DNA of 64,000 nucleotides from an uncultured delta proteobacterium (GCA_963769935.1 CAVYNY010000020.1:320001-384000), one strand, 5' to 3'. Positions 10,061-19,598 are shown, counted from the first letter of the stretch. The notes: generated by a model from the letters alone, not told the origin. Made by a program: numbers and translations.

Positions 10061-11677
10061 ATGAAAATAAAATCAATTCTGGCCGCAGCGCTCGTAAGCG
10101 CGCTGGCCTTGGCGAACGCATCCGCCCAATCAAACGACGCGATCCCGCTGTCGATGCTCACCCCGGACGTGGTCGAGACCAGCCTCGGCAAACTCACCTT
10201 CAACGACGGCGCTCCGACACCAGAAACCGCCAAGACGGTGGCCGACTTCCTGATCTTCACCAACGGTTTGAACGTCTATAACAACAGCTTCCGCGGAGCC
10301 TCGGCCTACGCGCTGCAGAAGGGCTTCCAAAGCATCGGCGCGGAGGACAACACGATCATAATCTTCTCCAAGCTGATGGATGCGAAGTCGCTCTTCCTGA
10401 CCGCCAACGCGGACACCGTCTATTACCTCGCGGTCTTCGATCTGACCAAGGGACCGATGGTGATCGAACAGCCGCCGAAGAGCGTGGGCACCATCAACGA
10501 CATGTGGTTCTCATGGATCATCGACATCGGATTCCCCGGACCCGATCGCGGTGAAGGCGGCAAATACCTGATCGTGCCTCCCGGCTATGACGGGCTGCTT
10601 CCGGACAGCGGCTTCCACGTCGCGCGCTCGAAGACCAACCGGGTCCTTTACGGGGCCCGCGCCTATCTGGTGGACAACGACCCGAAGCCGGCCGTCGAGA
10701 TGATCAAAAAGACCATGAAGGTCTATCCCTACACGCCGGGTGGGTATGGCACGAGCATCGCCACCGCTCTGGGAGGCGGCGTGCGGCTCGAAAAGAACCC
10801 TCCGGTTCCCGAGACCAAGTTCGTCGAGGCGACTGGCAAGGCCTTCAATACGATCCCGCCGAGCGATTACACTTACTTCGAGATGATTAACGAGAACGTG
10901 CAGCAGGAGCCGGCCACCAGCTACGACGTCGAGCTGGCCGGCCAGCTTGCCGCCATCGGCATCGTCAAGGGTAAGCCCTTCAAGCCGGATGCCAACACGA
11001 AGAGGGTTCTAACCGACGCGGCGAAGTTCGGCAATGCCACCGGTCGCGTCCTGAACTGGCGCTTCGCCAACATGCATCCCGATTGGTTCTACTACGAGAA
11101 TTCGATGTGGGGTAACATGCTGTGGGAAGGCGGCTATAACTTCGAGACGCCACCGCCGATGATAACGAAGGAGGGCTATTTCAAGCCTTTCCCGCCGACC
11201 GGAGCGCGCACACTCGATTCGCGGACCGCCTTCTACTACGCCTATACCCTGGACTCCCCCGGCATGATCATGCGCGTTCCCAAAGTCGGCTCGCAGTATC
11301 TGATGGGCTTCCTCGATGCGGACATGAATCCATTCGACGGCGGCAAGACCTATAAGTGCACGCTTCCGAAGGACATCCCGGCCGAAGCGTTCTGGTCGTT
11401 CACTGTTTATGACAACCAGTCCCGATCGATGCTCGACACTCCGCAGCGCTACCCGCGCGCCGGAAGCCAGAGCTATCCGTCGCCTGCCGCCGTGGCGAGT
11501 GCCGATGGTTCCACGACCATCTACTTCGGCCCCGAACAGCCGCAAGGCGTGGAACGCGGCAACTGGATCCAGACGATGCCTGGCAAGGGTTGGTTCACCA
11601 TCCTGCGCCTCTACAGCCCGCTTGAGTCCTTCTTCACGAAGGAATGGCGGGCGGGTGAGATCGAGCTGGTGAAGTGA
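10061..11677 (+). CDS. Exported DUF1254/DUF1214-domain protein
   Basis: Signal peptide; LTANADTVY, GPDRGEGGKYL, FWSFTVYD, NWIQT..GKGWF.ILRLYSP motifs; strongly GC3-biased codons. Confidence 0.9.
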   Translation: MKIKSILAAALVSALALANASAQSNDAIPLSMLTPDVVETSLGKLTFNDGAPTPETAKTVADFLIFTNGLNVYNNSFRGASAYALQKGFQSIGAEDNTIIIFSKLMDAKSLFLTANADTVYYLAVFDLTKGPMVIEQPPKSVGTINDMWFSWIIDIGFPGPDRGEGGKYLIVPPGYDGLLPDSGFHVARSKTNRVLYGARAYLVDNDPKPAVEMIKKTMKVYPYTPGGYGTSIATALGGGVRLEKNPPVPETKFVEATGKAFNTIPPSDYTYFEMINENVQQEPATSYDVELAGQLAAIGIVKGKPFKPDANTKRVLTDAAKFGNATGRVLNWRFANMHPDWFYYENSMWGNMLWEGGYNFETPPPMITKEGYFKPFPPTGARTLDSRTAFYYAYTLDSPGMIMRVPKVGSQYLMGFLDADMNPFDGGKTYKCTLPKDIPAEAFWSFTVYDNQSRSMLDTPQRYPRAGSQSYPSPAAVASADGSTTIYFGPEQPQGVERGNWIQTMPGKGWFTILRLYSPLESFFTKEWRAGEIELVK

Positions 11678-11825
11678 GGTGAGATCCTTTAACAAGGGCA
11701 TCCAGGCGAAAGTTACCAGACCTAATGCCTTTGTTTTATCCAAATTAGCTCCAACATTTCAACCGAATGGGTGAACTTAAACCTGCTGCTATTAAGCGAA
11801 ACTATTAAAAACTCCGAAACCATGA

Positions 11826-11859
11826 AGGCCAACTACCAGGTATTGTAGCTGGCCTTTTT
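11826..11859 (+). terminator. Rho-independent terminator candidate
   Basis: AGGCCAACTAC...GTAGCTGGCCT hairpin followed by a T-tract. Confidence 0.55.
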
Positions 11860-12211
11860 CAATTTTTCTAAGATAAGATCAATCTATTTGTATTGGATTA
11901 CTCCAAATTCATGTTCAAGATACCTCCAACGTATATGCAAAATATCTGGCCCCTAAAAAATGCATATACTGTTAACATCTATGTAGAATTGACCGATCTT
12001 TAAAAAATGTGACATCGGTATTTTTGCCGGGGTTGGGGTACCATCTACATATATGTACTTAGCTGATTTTCCATGTATTTCAATAATATCTGTACTCAAA
12101 CTGACCGATGAGCTCAATAAGCTGATGGTCAAAGTGGATGGCCCGCAGCTCTCACTCGCGGACATCAAGAAGCTCGAAGCCGGTATGAAGAAAGTTGCCG
12201 CCGGCCGCGAA

Positions 12212-12315
12212 TAATGTTGTTGTGGTTGTGAAACGTGCGGGCCGGCCAGAAAGCATTCGGGACGGCCTGCGACTTCGCCCCCGAAGTGATAAAAGCGAAA
12301 GGAGATAGCAATATG
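12212..12315 (+). repeat. Structured intercistronic element, copy 1 (copy 2 at 12842-12938)
   Basis: Both read stop-..GTTGTGAAACGYGCGGGCYG..YGGCCYGCGACTTC..CGAAG..AAAGGAGAYAGCA..ATG. Confidence 0.7.
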
Positions 12316-12762
12316 ATGGTTAAAGAAATTCCTGCTATGAGTGGCGCCCTCGGATCCGTGAGGCAGCTTGGCTTCGTCGTGCATGATCTCGATCGGGCCT
12401 TGGAGTACTGGACGAAGACCCTTAGGGTCGGGCCGTTTTTTACGATTCGCAATGTCGTCCCCGAAAAGTGGCACTATCGGGGACAACCGTCGCTTGCTCC
12501 TCGGGCGAGTATTGCACTCGCCAACTCAGGTGACCTGCAAATCGAGATCATCCAGCAGCACGACGACCACCCTACGGGTTGGCGGGATTTCCTCGCCTCC
12601 GGTCGTGAGGGGTTCCAGCACGTCTCGTCGTGGCTGACCCGCGCTGAGTACGATGCAACCATGGCCCGCATGCTGGCTGCCGGAACCGATGTGATCCACG
12701 CAGGCGTCAGCAACATCACGACCAGCCCAGGAACAATGCGAAAAGCTGGAAAGTACAACTGA
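12313..12762 (+). pseudogene. VOC/glyoxalase-family protein, probably C-terminally truncated
   Basis: RQLGFVVHDLDRALEYW...GPF, QIEIIQQ, GFQHV motifs; the last beta-strand pair appears replaced by unrelated sequence. Confidence 0.65.
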
Positions 12763-12841
12763 ATGAAAACGCAGAGTCGTCGATTGACCACGGCAGGATT
12801 GTTGTCCTCTGCCGGCCTCGCGCAGCAACAACGCCAGCGGG

Positions 12842-12938
12842 TAATCGTCGTTTTAGTTGTGAAACGCGCGGGCTGTCTGGTAGGATGGCCCGCGACTTCA
12901 TCATCGAAGCTCCAATCAAAAGGAGACAGCAGAAAATG
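12842..12938 (+). repeat. Structured intercistronic element, copy 2
   Basis: Same layout as 12212-12315; the downstream ORF (MKRTL) is cut off by the hepT remnant. Confidence 0.7.
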
Positions 12939-12947
12939 AAACGCACG

Positions 12948-13139
12948 CTATTTTAAAGAGATGTCATCGGGGACATGGCGGGCTGCTTCACCGATGATAA
13001 TAAAGTTGCGAATAACAGCGTCGATTGTTTTTGCATCCTTTCGGAAATCGTCAAACTCCATTTTTTCAACGTACTTCTGAATCTTCTGGATGGAATCAAT
13101 GATATCCGAGATTCGATGCTTCCACAATCTATGCGACAT
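12948..13139 (-). pseudogene. hepT: HepT/DUF86 HEPN toxin, truncated before the RxxxxH motif
   Basis: DAVIRNFIIIGEAARHVP then stop after ~63 aa; overlaps the MNT stop. Confidence 0.8.
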
Positions 13140-13422
13140 TGACAGCCTCAGATAAAATTCGATCTCGCAATGCTGGGTGTATAGCGCCCCTCTGGATAAG
13201 GTCAATTTTGGGCACACCAATTATATCTTCCAGCTTATGCTGGATTTCAAATAGATAAAACAAGCCTACCTCACGATCAAAATCGACCAGTAGATCGATA
13301 TCGTTTTGGTTGGTGCATTCATCTCTGGCTACAGAGCCAAAAACAGCAAGGGAAACCACTCCCATTTCTCTGAGTTCATGGCGATGGGCCGCGAGTTTAT
13401 TTTCAAGTTCTTTCTTTGTCAA
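13129..13422 (-). CDS. mntA: MntA-type minimal nucleotidyltransferase antitoxin
   Basis: LAVFGSVARDE...DIDLLVDF...KIDL...ILSEAV. Confidence 0.85.
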   Translation of the reverse strand: MTKKELENKLAAHRHELREMGVVSLAVFGSVARDECTNQNDIDLLVDFDREVGLFYLFEIQHKLEDIIGVPKIDLIQRGAIHPALRDRILSEAVNVA

Positions 13423-13587
13423 AAGAGACTTCCTCAGACTGAATTTCGTCCTAAACGTCGTTTGTCAAAGCTATAGCTTATGTGAAATACCCGGTCAATT
13501 CAAAATCCAAATTTATCACTTCCGCTTAATGCAGGATTTGAATCATTTAATGCTCTTGGGAATCAATCGAAGGGAGTTTGAAAGAAT

Positions 13588-13617
13588 AAAGAGAGCCGCA
13601 AATGAGCGGCTCTTTTT
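13588..13617. terminator. Bidirectional terminator downstream of tRNA-Glu
   Basis: AAAGAGAGCCGC-AAATGA-GCGGCTCTTTTT. Confidence 0.65.
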
Positions 13618-13647
13618 GGCTTGCCATGCGAAGCTGCAAGCGAAGCA

Positions 13648-13722
13648 TGGTGATCCCACCGGGATTCGAACCCGGGTTACCGGCGTGAGAGGCCGATGTC
13701 CTAACCACTAGACGATGGGACC
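13648..13722 (-). tRNA. tRNA-Glu (anticodon CTC)
   Basis: GGTCCCATCGTCTAGTGGTTAGGACATCGGCCT-CTC-ACGCCGGTAACCCGGGTTCGAATCCCGGTGGGATCACCA cloverleaf with encoded CCA. Confidence 0.97.
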
Positions 13723-13744
13723 GAATTGGCATGTTGGTTGGGCA

Positions 13745-13774
13745 TTAATACAGGAAAGGACTGGGGGTTGTCAA
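13745..13774 (-). promoter_or_regulatory. Sigma70-type promoter of tRNA-Glu
   Basis: TTGACA-N18-TATTAA just upstream of the tRNA. Confidence 0.55.
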
Positions 13775-13804
13775 ACGATAATTGGGAGAAAAGCCAAATA
13801 GCGG

Positions 13805-13880
13805 GTTGTGAGTTGGATGTTGTGAGTTGGATGTTGTGAGTTATAGGTTGTCTGTGGTAAGTTGTATTTTGTTTGTAGTT
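13805..13880. repeat. Degenerate 7-mer tandem array
   Basis: TGTGAGT/TGGATGT/TGTGAGT/TGGATGT/TGTGAGT/TATAGGT...; related to 59390-59527. Confidence 0.75.
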
Positions 13881-13912
13881 TCAATAACTAACAGTAAATC
13901 AGTCCCGGATTT

Positions 13913-14113
13913 TTATGCTTCTTTGATGACATCCCGAAATCTGAAATCAAATGTTCCGGCGTCTTTTAACGTTACTTCTGCCAGTTGGATTTCTGTATCA
14001 AACTGACCGAGTACCTTGTTCAGGGCTTCTTTTTCAGATTTAGCATTCGATGCGGTTTTAATCCGATTAATTTGGTCCTGATCCAACTCCAGCGTCTTTT
14101 TGACAAGAGCCAT
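13913..14113 (-). CDS. Small hypothetical protein, VapB-like antitoxin candidate
   Basis: 66 aa; KKTLELDQDQI...AKSEKEALNKVL ribbon-helix-helix-like pattern; GGAGG RBS; no toxin downstream. Confidence 0.45.
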   Translation of the reverse strand: MALVKKTLELDQDQINRIKTASNAKSEKEALNKVLGQFDTEIQLAEVTLKDAGTFDFRFRDVIKEA

Positions 14114-14139
14114 TTTCCCCTCCAGCTAAGCCATATAAT

Positions 14140-14376
14140 TCAGATTATCAGGCCGGTTTTTTTTCCTTTGCGGAAACCGAACAGCAGGTAGACGAGAAAC
14201 CCGATAAAGGGAATGGATGCGATCACCCACCACATGGCCTTTTTGCCGATCGTACCGAAGTCTTTTTGTGCGACGTCGACAATCGCCCAGATGGTGGCCA
14301 ATAAGAATGGTACACAGAGACCGACGAAGATTATGGCTGTCTTTATACCCATAGAAAAAAATGCACTAAAGTGCAC
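14140..14376 (-). CDS. PLDc N-terminal-like small membrane protein
   Basis: IWAIVDV...KAMW...IPFIGFLVYLLFG. Confidence 0.75.
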   Translation of the reverse strand: MHFSAFFSMGIKTAIIFVGLCVPFLLATIWAIVDVAQKDFGTIGKKAMWWVIASIPFIGFLVYLLFGFRKGKKTGLII

Positions 14377-14548
14377 TAAAATGCCTAAATTGCCTAAAAT
14401 TAGGGATATTAACCATTTGATAATAAGAGATAAAAAATATGCGTAGCATAAAATAATTAATCCGCGGCACTTCCATTAAAACACCATCGTTCAGTATGCG
14501 TGGAAAAGCTTATAAACCTGCAATATGTTATTATTCTGGGCGGATTAA

Positions 14549-15433
14549 TTAACTTTGCAGACGTGATGCAATCTTTAAAATTGCATTAACATAATATTCG
14601 CTGTGATTGTAGTGGTAAATGACTTTTTCGGCTTTTTGGCGGCTGATGCCGGGTCGCCAGCCATGGCGTTTGAGATAGTTGGCGATGCTGGCCATGGAAT
14701 CGGCATGGGTGTGCAGGTCGATGGTGCCGTCATTGTTGCCGTCTTTCCCGTAAGCCAGGATGCTGCTGGGCATAAATTGCGCGAGTCCCATGGCGCCGGC
14801 AAATGAACCGGAAATTTCGGCAGGGTCGAAGCCCTGCTGGTATGCATATTCCAGGAAGGCCTTCAATTCCGCATAAGCCCATTTTGATTTTCTCTTGGCT
14901 GATTTTTCGAACTCCGGGCGTGACATCCGTTTGGCCTCCGGGATCATGGTATAAAATTCGCTGCGCACATCCGGGTACATCAAGGCTGCCAGGGTGGAAA
15001 GGGTATTCAGAGCGGACCGGGTCCCCACGGTTCGTCCCAGGCCGGATTCCACCAGCAGAATGGCGGTGATGACTCTTTTGTCCACACCATAGGTTTTTTC
15101 GGTTTTCGCAAGCTCCTCCTTGTGATCTTCCATGTATTTTTTGGCTTCACTGATGGACCAATCGTTGGAAAATTGATTGTAATCCACCTTGGCCTCGCTG
15201 TACGTGAAAAGCACGGTGGCGCCATCGGCTTCGAAAGTAACCTCGGGCCGCTCATACAGGGTTTGGATCTTTTCGGAATCGAAGCCGTCTTTTATCAGCT
15301 GCTCTTTAAGCAGTTCAAAATGACCGGAAATGTTCTCATCGACGGCCCCGGCATATCCGGTCCCCAACAAGATAGCGGCCAGGATGATGATAATTTTTTG
15401 AATTTTTCTTATGGTGCTTGCCCGAAGAGACAT
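14549..15433 (-). CDS. mltB: Lytic murein transglycosylase (MltB/SLT_2 family)
   Basis: AILLVES, GSFAGAMGLAQFMPSS, DGNNDGTIDL, SIANYL, YNHS motifs. Confidence 0.9.
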   Translation of the reverse strand: MSLRASTIRKIQKIIIILAAILLGTGYAGAVDENISGHFELLKEQLIKDGFDSEKIQTLYERPEVTFEADGATVLFTYSEAKVDYNQFSNDWSISEAKKYMEDHKEELAKTEKTYGVDKRVITAILLVESGLGRTVGTRSALNTLSTLAALMYPDVRSEFYTMIPEAKRMSRPEFEKSAKRKSKWAYAELKAFLEYAYQQGFDPAEISGSFAGAMGLAQFMPSSILAYGKDGNNDGTIDLHTHADSMASIANYLKRHGWRPGISRQKAEKVIYHYNHSEYYVNAILKIASRLQS

Positions 15434-15555
15434 TGCCTTACCACCTTCTGTTATTTAACCCATTAATGTATGAAGATTGGTTCCTGCTTGATCCTGGCGA
15501 ATTCACGTGCTATTTTTAACCTCAATCATACCATATCTGTTTGAAAGATGCCATT

Positions 15556-16923
15556 GTGAAAAAATCTCAAAAGACCTTATTTTGCTGTCAAACCTGCGGG
15601 TACCAGGCACCGAAGTGGATTGGCAGATGTCCCGATTGCGGCACCTGGGATTCATTTGTGGAAGAAAGGCTCCCCGGCGGTTCCAGCAGCGGAGCCCGCG
15701 GGGCGGTATCCGCATCCCGGAGCACGCCGGTGCCCATCGACTCCATCGATCTGACAATCGAACACCGACTGTGTACGGGCATCCAGGAGTTCGACAGGGT
15801 GCTGGGAGGGGGACTGGTTGCCGGAACCCTGGTTCTGATCGGCGGCGATCCGGGGATCGGCAAATCCACTCTGATGCTGCAGGCTTTGCACGGTCTTGCC
15901 TTTCAGGGGCATAAGGTCCTTTATGTGTCCGGCGAGGAGTCGATCCGCCAGATTCGGCTGCGCAGCAAAAGGCTGGACACGGTATCATCGGATTTGCTGG
16001 TCGTATCCGAAGTTGAAATTGAAGCGATTCTGTCGATGATTGAAACCACCCGGCCCAGCGTGCTGGTAATTGATTCGATTCAGACCATGTTTAACGGCGA
16101 ATTGACTTCTGCGCCGGGCAGTGTGAGCCAGGTGCGGGAGTCTACCGTAAGATTGATGCTCATGGCCAAGAAAACAGGCATTCCCACCCTGCTGGTGGGC
16201 CATGTTACCAAGGATGGTGCCATTGCGGGCCCCAAGCTGCTGGAGCATATGGTGGACACCGTCCTTTATTTTGAAGGGGATCGCAATCACATATTTCGCA
16301 TCCTGCGGGCGGTAAAAAATCGGTTCGGCTCCACCAATGAAATCGGGGTCTTTGAGATGAAAGACCGGGGCCTGGATGAGGTCGCCAATCCATCGGCGGT
16401 TTTTCTTTCCGAACGTCCGGCCGGTGCGCCGGGCTCGGCCGTCACCGCCAGTATGGAGGGTACACGGCCGATTCTCGTTGAATTGCAGTCGCTGGCGAGT
16501 GCCACGAATTTCGGAACGCCGCGCCGCACGATTCTGGGTCTGGATTCAAACCGGGTGGCTTTGTTGGCGGCCGTCATGGAAAAGAAGCTGGGTATGCATC
16601 TGATGGGCTATGATATATTCATGAATGTTGCCGGGGGGGTCAAAGTAGTGGAACCGGCGGTTGATATGGCCATCGTCGCCGCCATCGCCTCAAGTTTTTT
16701 AGACAAGCCTATCGCCGACGGGACCGTTGTTTTGGGAGAGATCGGCTTGACCGGGGAGGTGCGGGCCATCGGTCAGGTGGAAAACCGGATATCCGAATGC
16801 CGCAAAATGGGCTTTACCCGATGCCTGGTGCCGGCAAGCAACATCAAACGCCTATCGGCAATTGACGGGATTGAAATCACTGGAGTCAGAACGGTATCGG
16901 AGGTGGTTGAAAACCTGTTCTGA
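15556..16923 (+). CDS. radA: DNA repair protein RadA/Sms
   Basis: C4 zinc finger, GGDPGIGKST Walker A, KNRFG motif, Lon-like C-terminus. Confidence 0.97.
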   Translation: MKKSQKTLFCCQTCGYQAPKWIGRCPDCGTWDSFVEERLPGGSSSGARGAVSASRSTPVPIDSIDLTIEHRLCTGIQEFDRVLGGGLVAGTLVLIGGDPGIGKSTLMLQALHGLAFQGHKVLYVSGEESIRQIRLRSKRLDTVSSDLLVVSEVEIEAILSMIETTRPSVLVIDSIQTMFNGELTSAPGSVSQVRESTVRLMLMAKKTGIPTLLVGHVTKDGAIAGPKLLEHMVDTVLYFEGDRNHIFRILRAVKNRFGSTNEIGVFEMKDRGLDEVANPSAVFLSERPAGAPGSAVTASMEGTRPILVELQSLASATNFGTPRRTILGLDSNRVALLAAVMEKKLGMHLMGYDIFMNVAGGVKVVEPAVDMAIVAAIASSFLDKPIADGTVVLGEIGLTGEVRAIGQVENRISECRKMGFTRCLVPASNIKRLSAIDGIEITGVRTVSEVVENLF

Positions 16924-16984
16924 TAATCAGGACACGGAGCGGCCCGGATCAACCTGGATCAAGCATTATTCCGAGCAGTGTAAT

Positions 16985-17135
16985 TATGAAAGTCCCAAGC
17001 ACTAAAAATCAAATTCCGAATGGTTCGACAAACCGATCGACAGGCTCACGGTCCTGAGCAAAGTCGAAGGGCTCACCACCCTGAGCTAAGTCGAAGGGCA
17101 AACCCCAATGACCCAAATTTAAAATCCCAGATAAA
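16985..17135. repeat. REP-like palindromes nested in a 7-mer array
   Basis: TTCGACA..TCGACAGGCTCACGGTCCTGAGCAAAGTCGAAGGG-CTCACCACCCTGAGCTAAGTCGAAGGG flanked by AAATCCC-type heptamers. Confidence 0.6.
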
Positions 17136-17240
17136 TAATCCTCCTATACTTTGATCTGTGTCCTTGATCTTGACTGATTTAATAACCAATAGTATATGTT
17201 ACAAGTTTGCCCAAATTGTTGAGGAATTCAAGACTCAACA

Positions 17241-17891
17241 ATGATTATAGCAGAGACGAGGCAGGCAACGCGAAACCCGCAACGCAAAAAAATGAAACCT
17301 TCGGCTGCCAAAAAAAATCAGTCCTGGCAGGATCACTATACACGCCGGGCGAAAAAGGAACAGTATCCGGCACGATCAATTTACAAACTGCAGGAAATTC
17401 AGCAAAAACATTTCCTGATTAAAAAAGGGCATAAGATTCTGGACTTGGGGTGCTCGCCGGGTTCCTGGCTGATTTATGCCGCCCAGCTGACGGGAGACAC
17501 TGGGCGGGTAGTCGGCATTGACCTCAAGCCCGTTAAAATACAGGTTCCCTCACAGGTTCAAATCATAACAGCGGATGTGTTTTCCTTGGACGTTGAATCT
17601 CTGGGCCAAGAATTCAATGTGGTGCTAAGCGATATGGCGCCCGCTACCACCGGCCACAAAGCCGTGGATGCCGCGCGATCATTTAATCTGTGCGAGACCG
17701 CCCTGAGCATTGCGCAGAAGGTTTTATTACCGGGAGGGCACTTTATCTGCAAGATTTTTCAGGGCCCTGATTTCAAACAATTTCATGAGGCGGTGAGAGC
17801 CGTCTTTAACGAACAAAAGATTTTCAAGCCGCAGAGCAGCCGCAAAGCCAGCAAGGAGATATATTTAATCGGGCTGGGTTTGATAAAATAA
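17241..17891 (+). CDS. rlmE: 23S rRNA Um2552 methyltransferase RlmE/FtsJ
   Basis: ARSIYKL, LDLGCSPGSW, VLSDMAP, KIFQG, SSRKASKEIY; start uncertain (possibly 17292). Confidence 0.93.
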   Translation: MIIAETRQATRNPQRKKMKPSAAKKNQSWQDHYTRRAKKEQYPARSIYKLQEIQQKHFLIKKGHKILDLGCSPGSWLIYAAQLTGDTGRVVGIDLKPVKIQVPSQVQIITADVFSLDVESLGQEFNVVLSDMAPATTGHKAVDAARSFNLCETALSIAQKVLLPGGHFICKIFQGPDFKQFHEAVRAVFNEQKIFKPQSSRKASKEIYLIGLGLIK

Positions 17892-17947
17892 TGCGGCCAT
17901 AACTATCCAAACAATTGAATTTGATTTAATTGAGGTGGGAGGTACAT

Positions 17948-18691
17948 ATGTCAGGACACAGCAAGTGGTCGAGTATCAAACACAAAAAGGCCGCCACCGA
18001 TGCCAAACGGGGCAAAATCTTTACCAAACTGATTAAAGAAATTACTGTGGCCGCCCGCACGGGCGGAGGCGATGAGAGCGCCAACCCCAGGCTGCGGGCC
18101 GCGATTCTGGCGGCTAAAAGTGAAAACATGCCCAAGGACAATATTGAACGGGCCATCAAAAAGGGGACCGGTGAACTTGAAGGCGTCAGTTATGAAGAAA
18201 CCATTTACGAAGGCTACGGTCCCGGCGGGGCAGCGGTGCTGGTGGAATCTTTAACCGACAATAAAAACCGGACGGTGGCCGAGATTCGCAGCATCTTCGG
18301 CAAAAACGGCGGCAGTCTCGGCGAAAACGGCTGCGTGGCCTGGATGTTTAAGAAGAAGGGTTACATCGCGATCGAGAGCAACTCCGTTGAAGAGGAAAAG
18401 CTGATGGAGATAGCCCTGGATGCCGGCGCTGAGGACATCCGGGAGGATAACGGCAATTTTGAAGTCATCACCGCCCCGGGAAATTTCGAAGCGGTAAAGG
18501 AAGCCATCGAAAAAGCTTCGATACCATACTTAGACGCCGAAGTAACCGTGCTGCCCAAAAATACGACCAATCTGGCCGGCAAAGAAGCCGAGCAGATGAT
18601 GCGCCTGATGGAACTGCTGGACGACTGCGATGATGTCCAAAAGGTTTATACCAATGCGGATATACCGGAAGAGATAATGGAGAATATGTGA
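17948..18691 (+). CDS. yebC: YebC/PmpR-family protein
   Basis: [34 protein letters not shown]. Confidence 0.96.
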   Translation: MSGHSKWSSIKHKKAATDAKRGKIFTKLIKEITVAARTGGGDESANPRLRAAILAAKSENMPKDNIERAIKKGTGELEGVSYEETIYEGYGPGGAAVLVESLTDNKNRTVAEIRSIFGKNGGSLGENGCVAWMFKKKGYIAIESNSVEEEKLMEIALDAGAEDIREDNGNFEVITAPGNFEAVKEAIEKASIPYLDAEVTVLPKNTTNLAGKEAEQMMRLMELLDDCDDVQKVYTNADIPEEIMENM

Positions 18692-18692
18692 C

Positions 18693-18900
18693 GGATACTG
18701 GATGATAGATGCTCGGATGCTGGATATTGGATGCTTGAAAGGTATAGGTTAAAGGCTAAAGGTAAAAGGTCAAAGGCGTGCGGCGCACGGTGAAAAACAG
18801 ACCAACGGTGCACGGCATAGGGTGAAAGGCAGAGAATACTGAATTTGGAATTCGAAATCTGAAGCGATTCGCTGTATTCCTTTGCCTTACGCCTTGTACC
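18693..18900. repeat. Composite degenerate 7-mer array with inverted arm
   Basis: GGATGCT-type then AAAGGYN-type heptamers; complementary CCTTNNN units at the right end. Confidence 0.7.
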
Positions 18901-18902
18901 TA

Positions 18903-19598
18903 TTATTTATCTATCTGCAGCACGTCAGCGCCCGGCGGGATGGCGAAACTGAAGAGTGAGTCATCCAGTTTGACATCGAATTTATGATTGATCAACTCGA
19001 TGCGATTCTCATCACCATAGGAGTTGTAGGTAATAACCCGTATAACGGTAAACGTATTTTTGGTAACGGAAATACGAATATCGTCGACATCCAAAGTCTT
19101 CTCCAGGGGCTTTAGTTCAAGTTCATAAAAGAAATCATCCTTTGACTGTAACAGCAAAATATCGAACTTTTTTCGAATCAGTTTGATATCCGACAGAAAA
19201 CTGGCCCCTTTGCCGTCGCTGAAAAAAGCCGGTGCGCTGCCGGTCATCACCTGGTTGTCAGCGGGTCTGTAAATCCACAGTTTATAACCGTCCGTAATGA
19301 TAATCTGCTTTTCCGGCTTTTCATACTCCCATCTCATCATACCCGGGTAGCGGACATACACCTTGCCGGTCGCAAAGTCGGTGATATCCATCGCTTTCAA
19401 AGTCGATTCCTGGCTAAATTCCGCCGTAAAGCTTTTGCCCGTATAATGCTGCTCAAGCCGATCTAAAATTTGTTCCAGCGTCAGATCCGGCTCAGCGGCG
19501 AATGCATTCATGCCGCAATGCCGGATTGAAAATGTGAAAATTGGTGATCCTAAAAGAGCAAATAATACGAGCGAAATCGTCAATAACTTGAATTTCAT
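18903..19598 (-). CDS. lolA: Outer-membrane lipoprotein carrier LolA
   Basis: FTAEFSQ, RYPGMMRWEYEKP, IITDG..LWIY, FSFAIPPGADV. Confidence 0.9.
   Translation of the reverse strand: MKFKLLTISLVLFALLGSPIFTFSIRHCGMNAFAAEPDLTLEQILDRLEQHYTGKSFTAEFSQESTLKAMDITDFATGKVYVRYPGMMRWEYEKPEKQIIITDGYKLWIYRPADNQVMTGSAPAFFSDGKGASFLSDIKLIRKKFDILLLQSKDDFFYELELKPLEKTLDVDDIRISVTKNTFTVIRVITYNSYGDENRIELINHKFDVKLDDSLFSFAIPPGADVLQIDK

Noticed and set aside
11685..11730. attC-like start (TAACAAGGGCATCCAGGCG) after the DUF1254 gene, and GCATAAC near 8628
   Set aside because: No convincing complementary GTTRRRY end with a paired stem, and no integron integrase in the window
18691..18903. Absence of ruvC after yebC
   Set aside because: The yebC-ruvCAB linkage is common but not universal, so its absence is not evidence of a rearrangement
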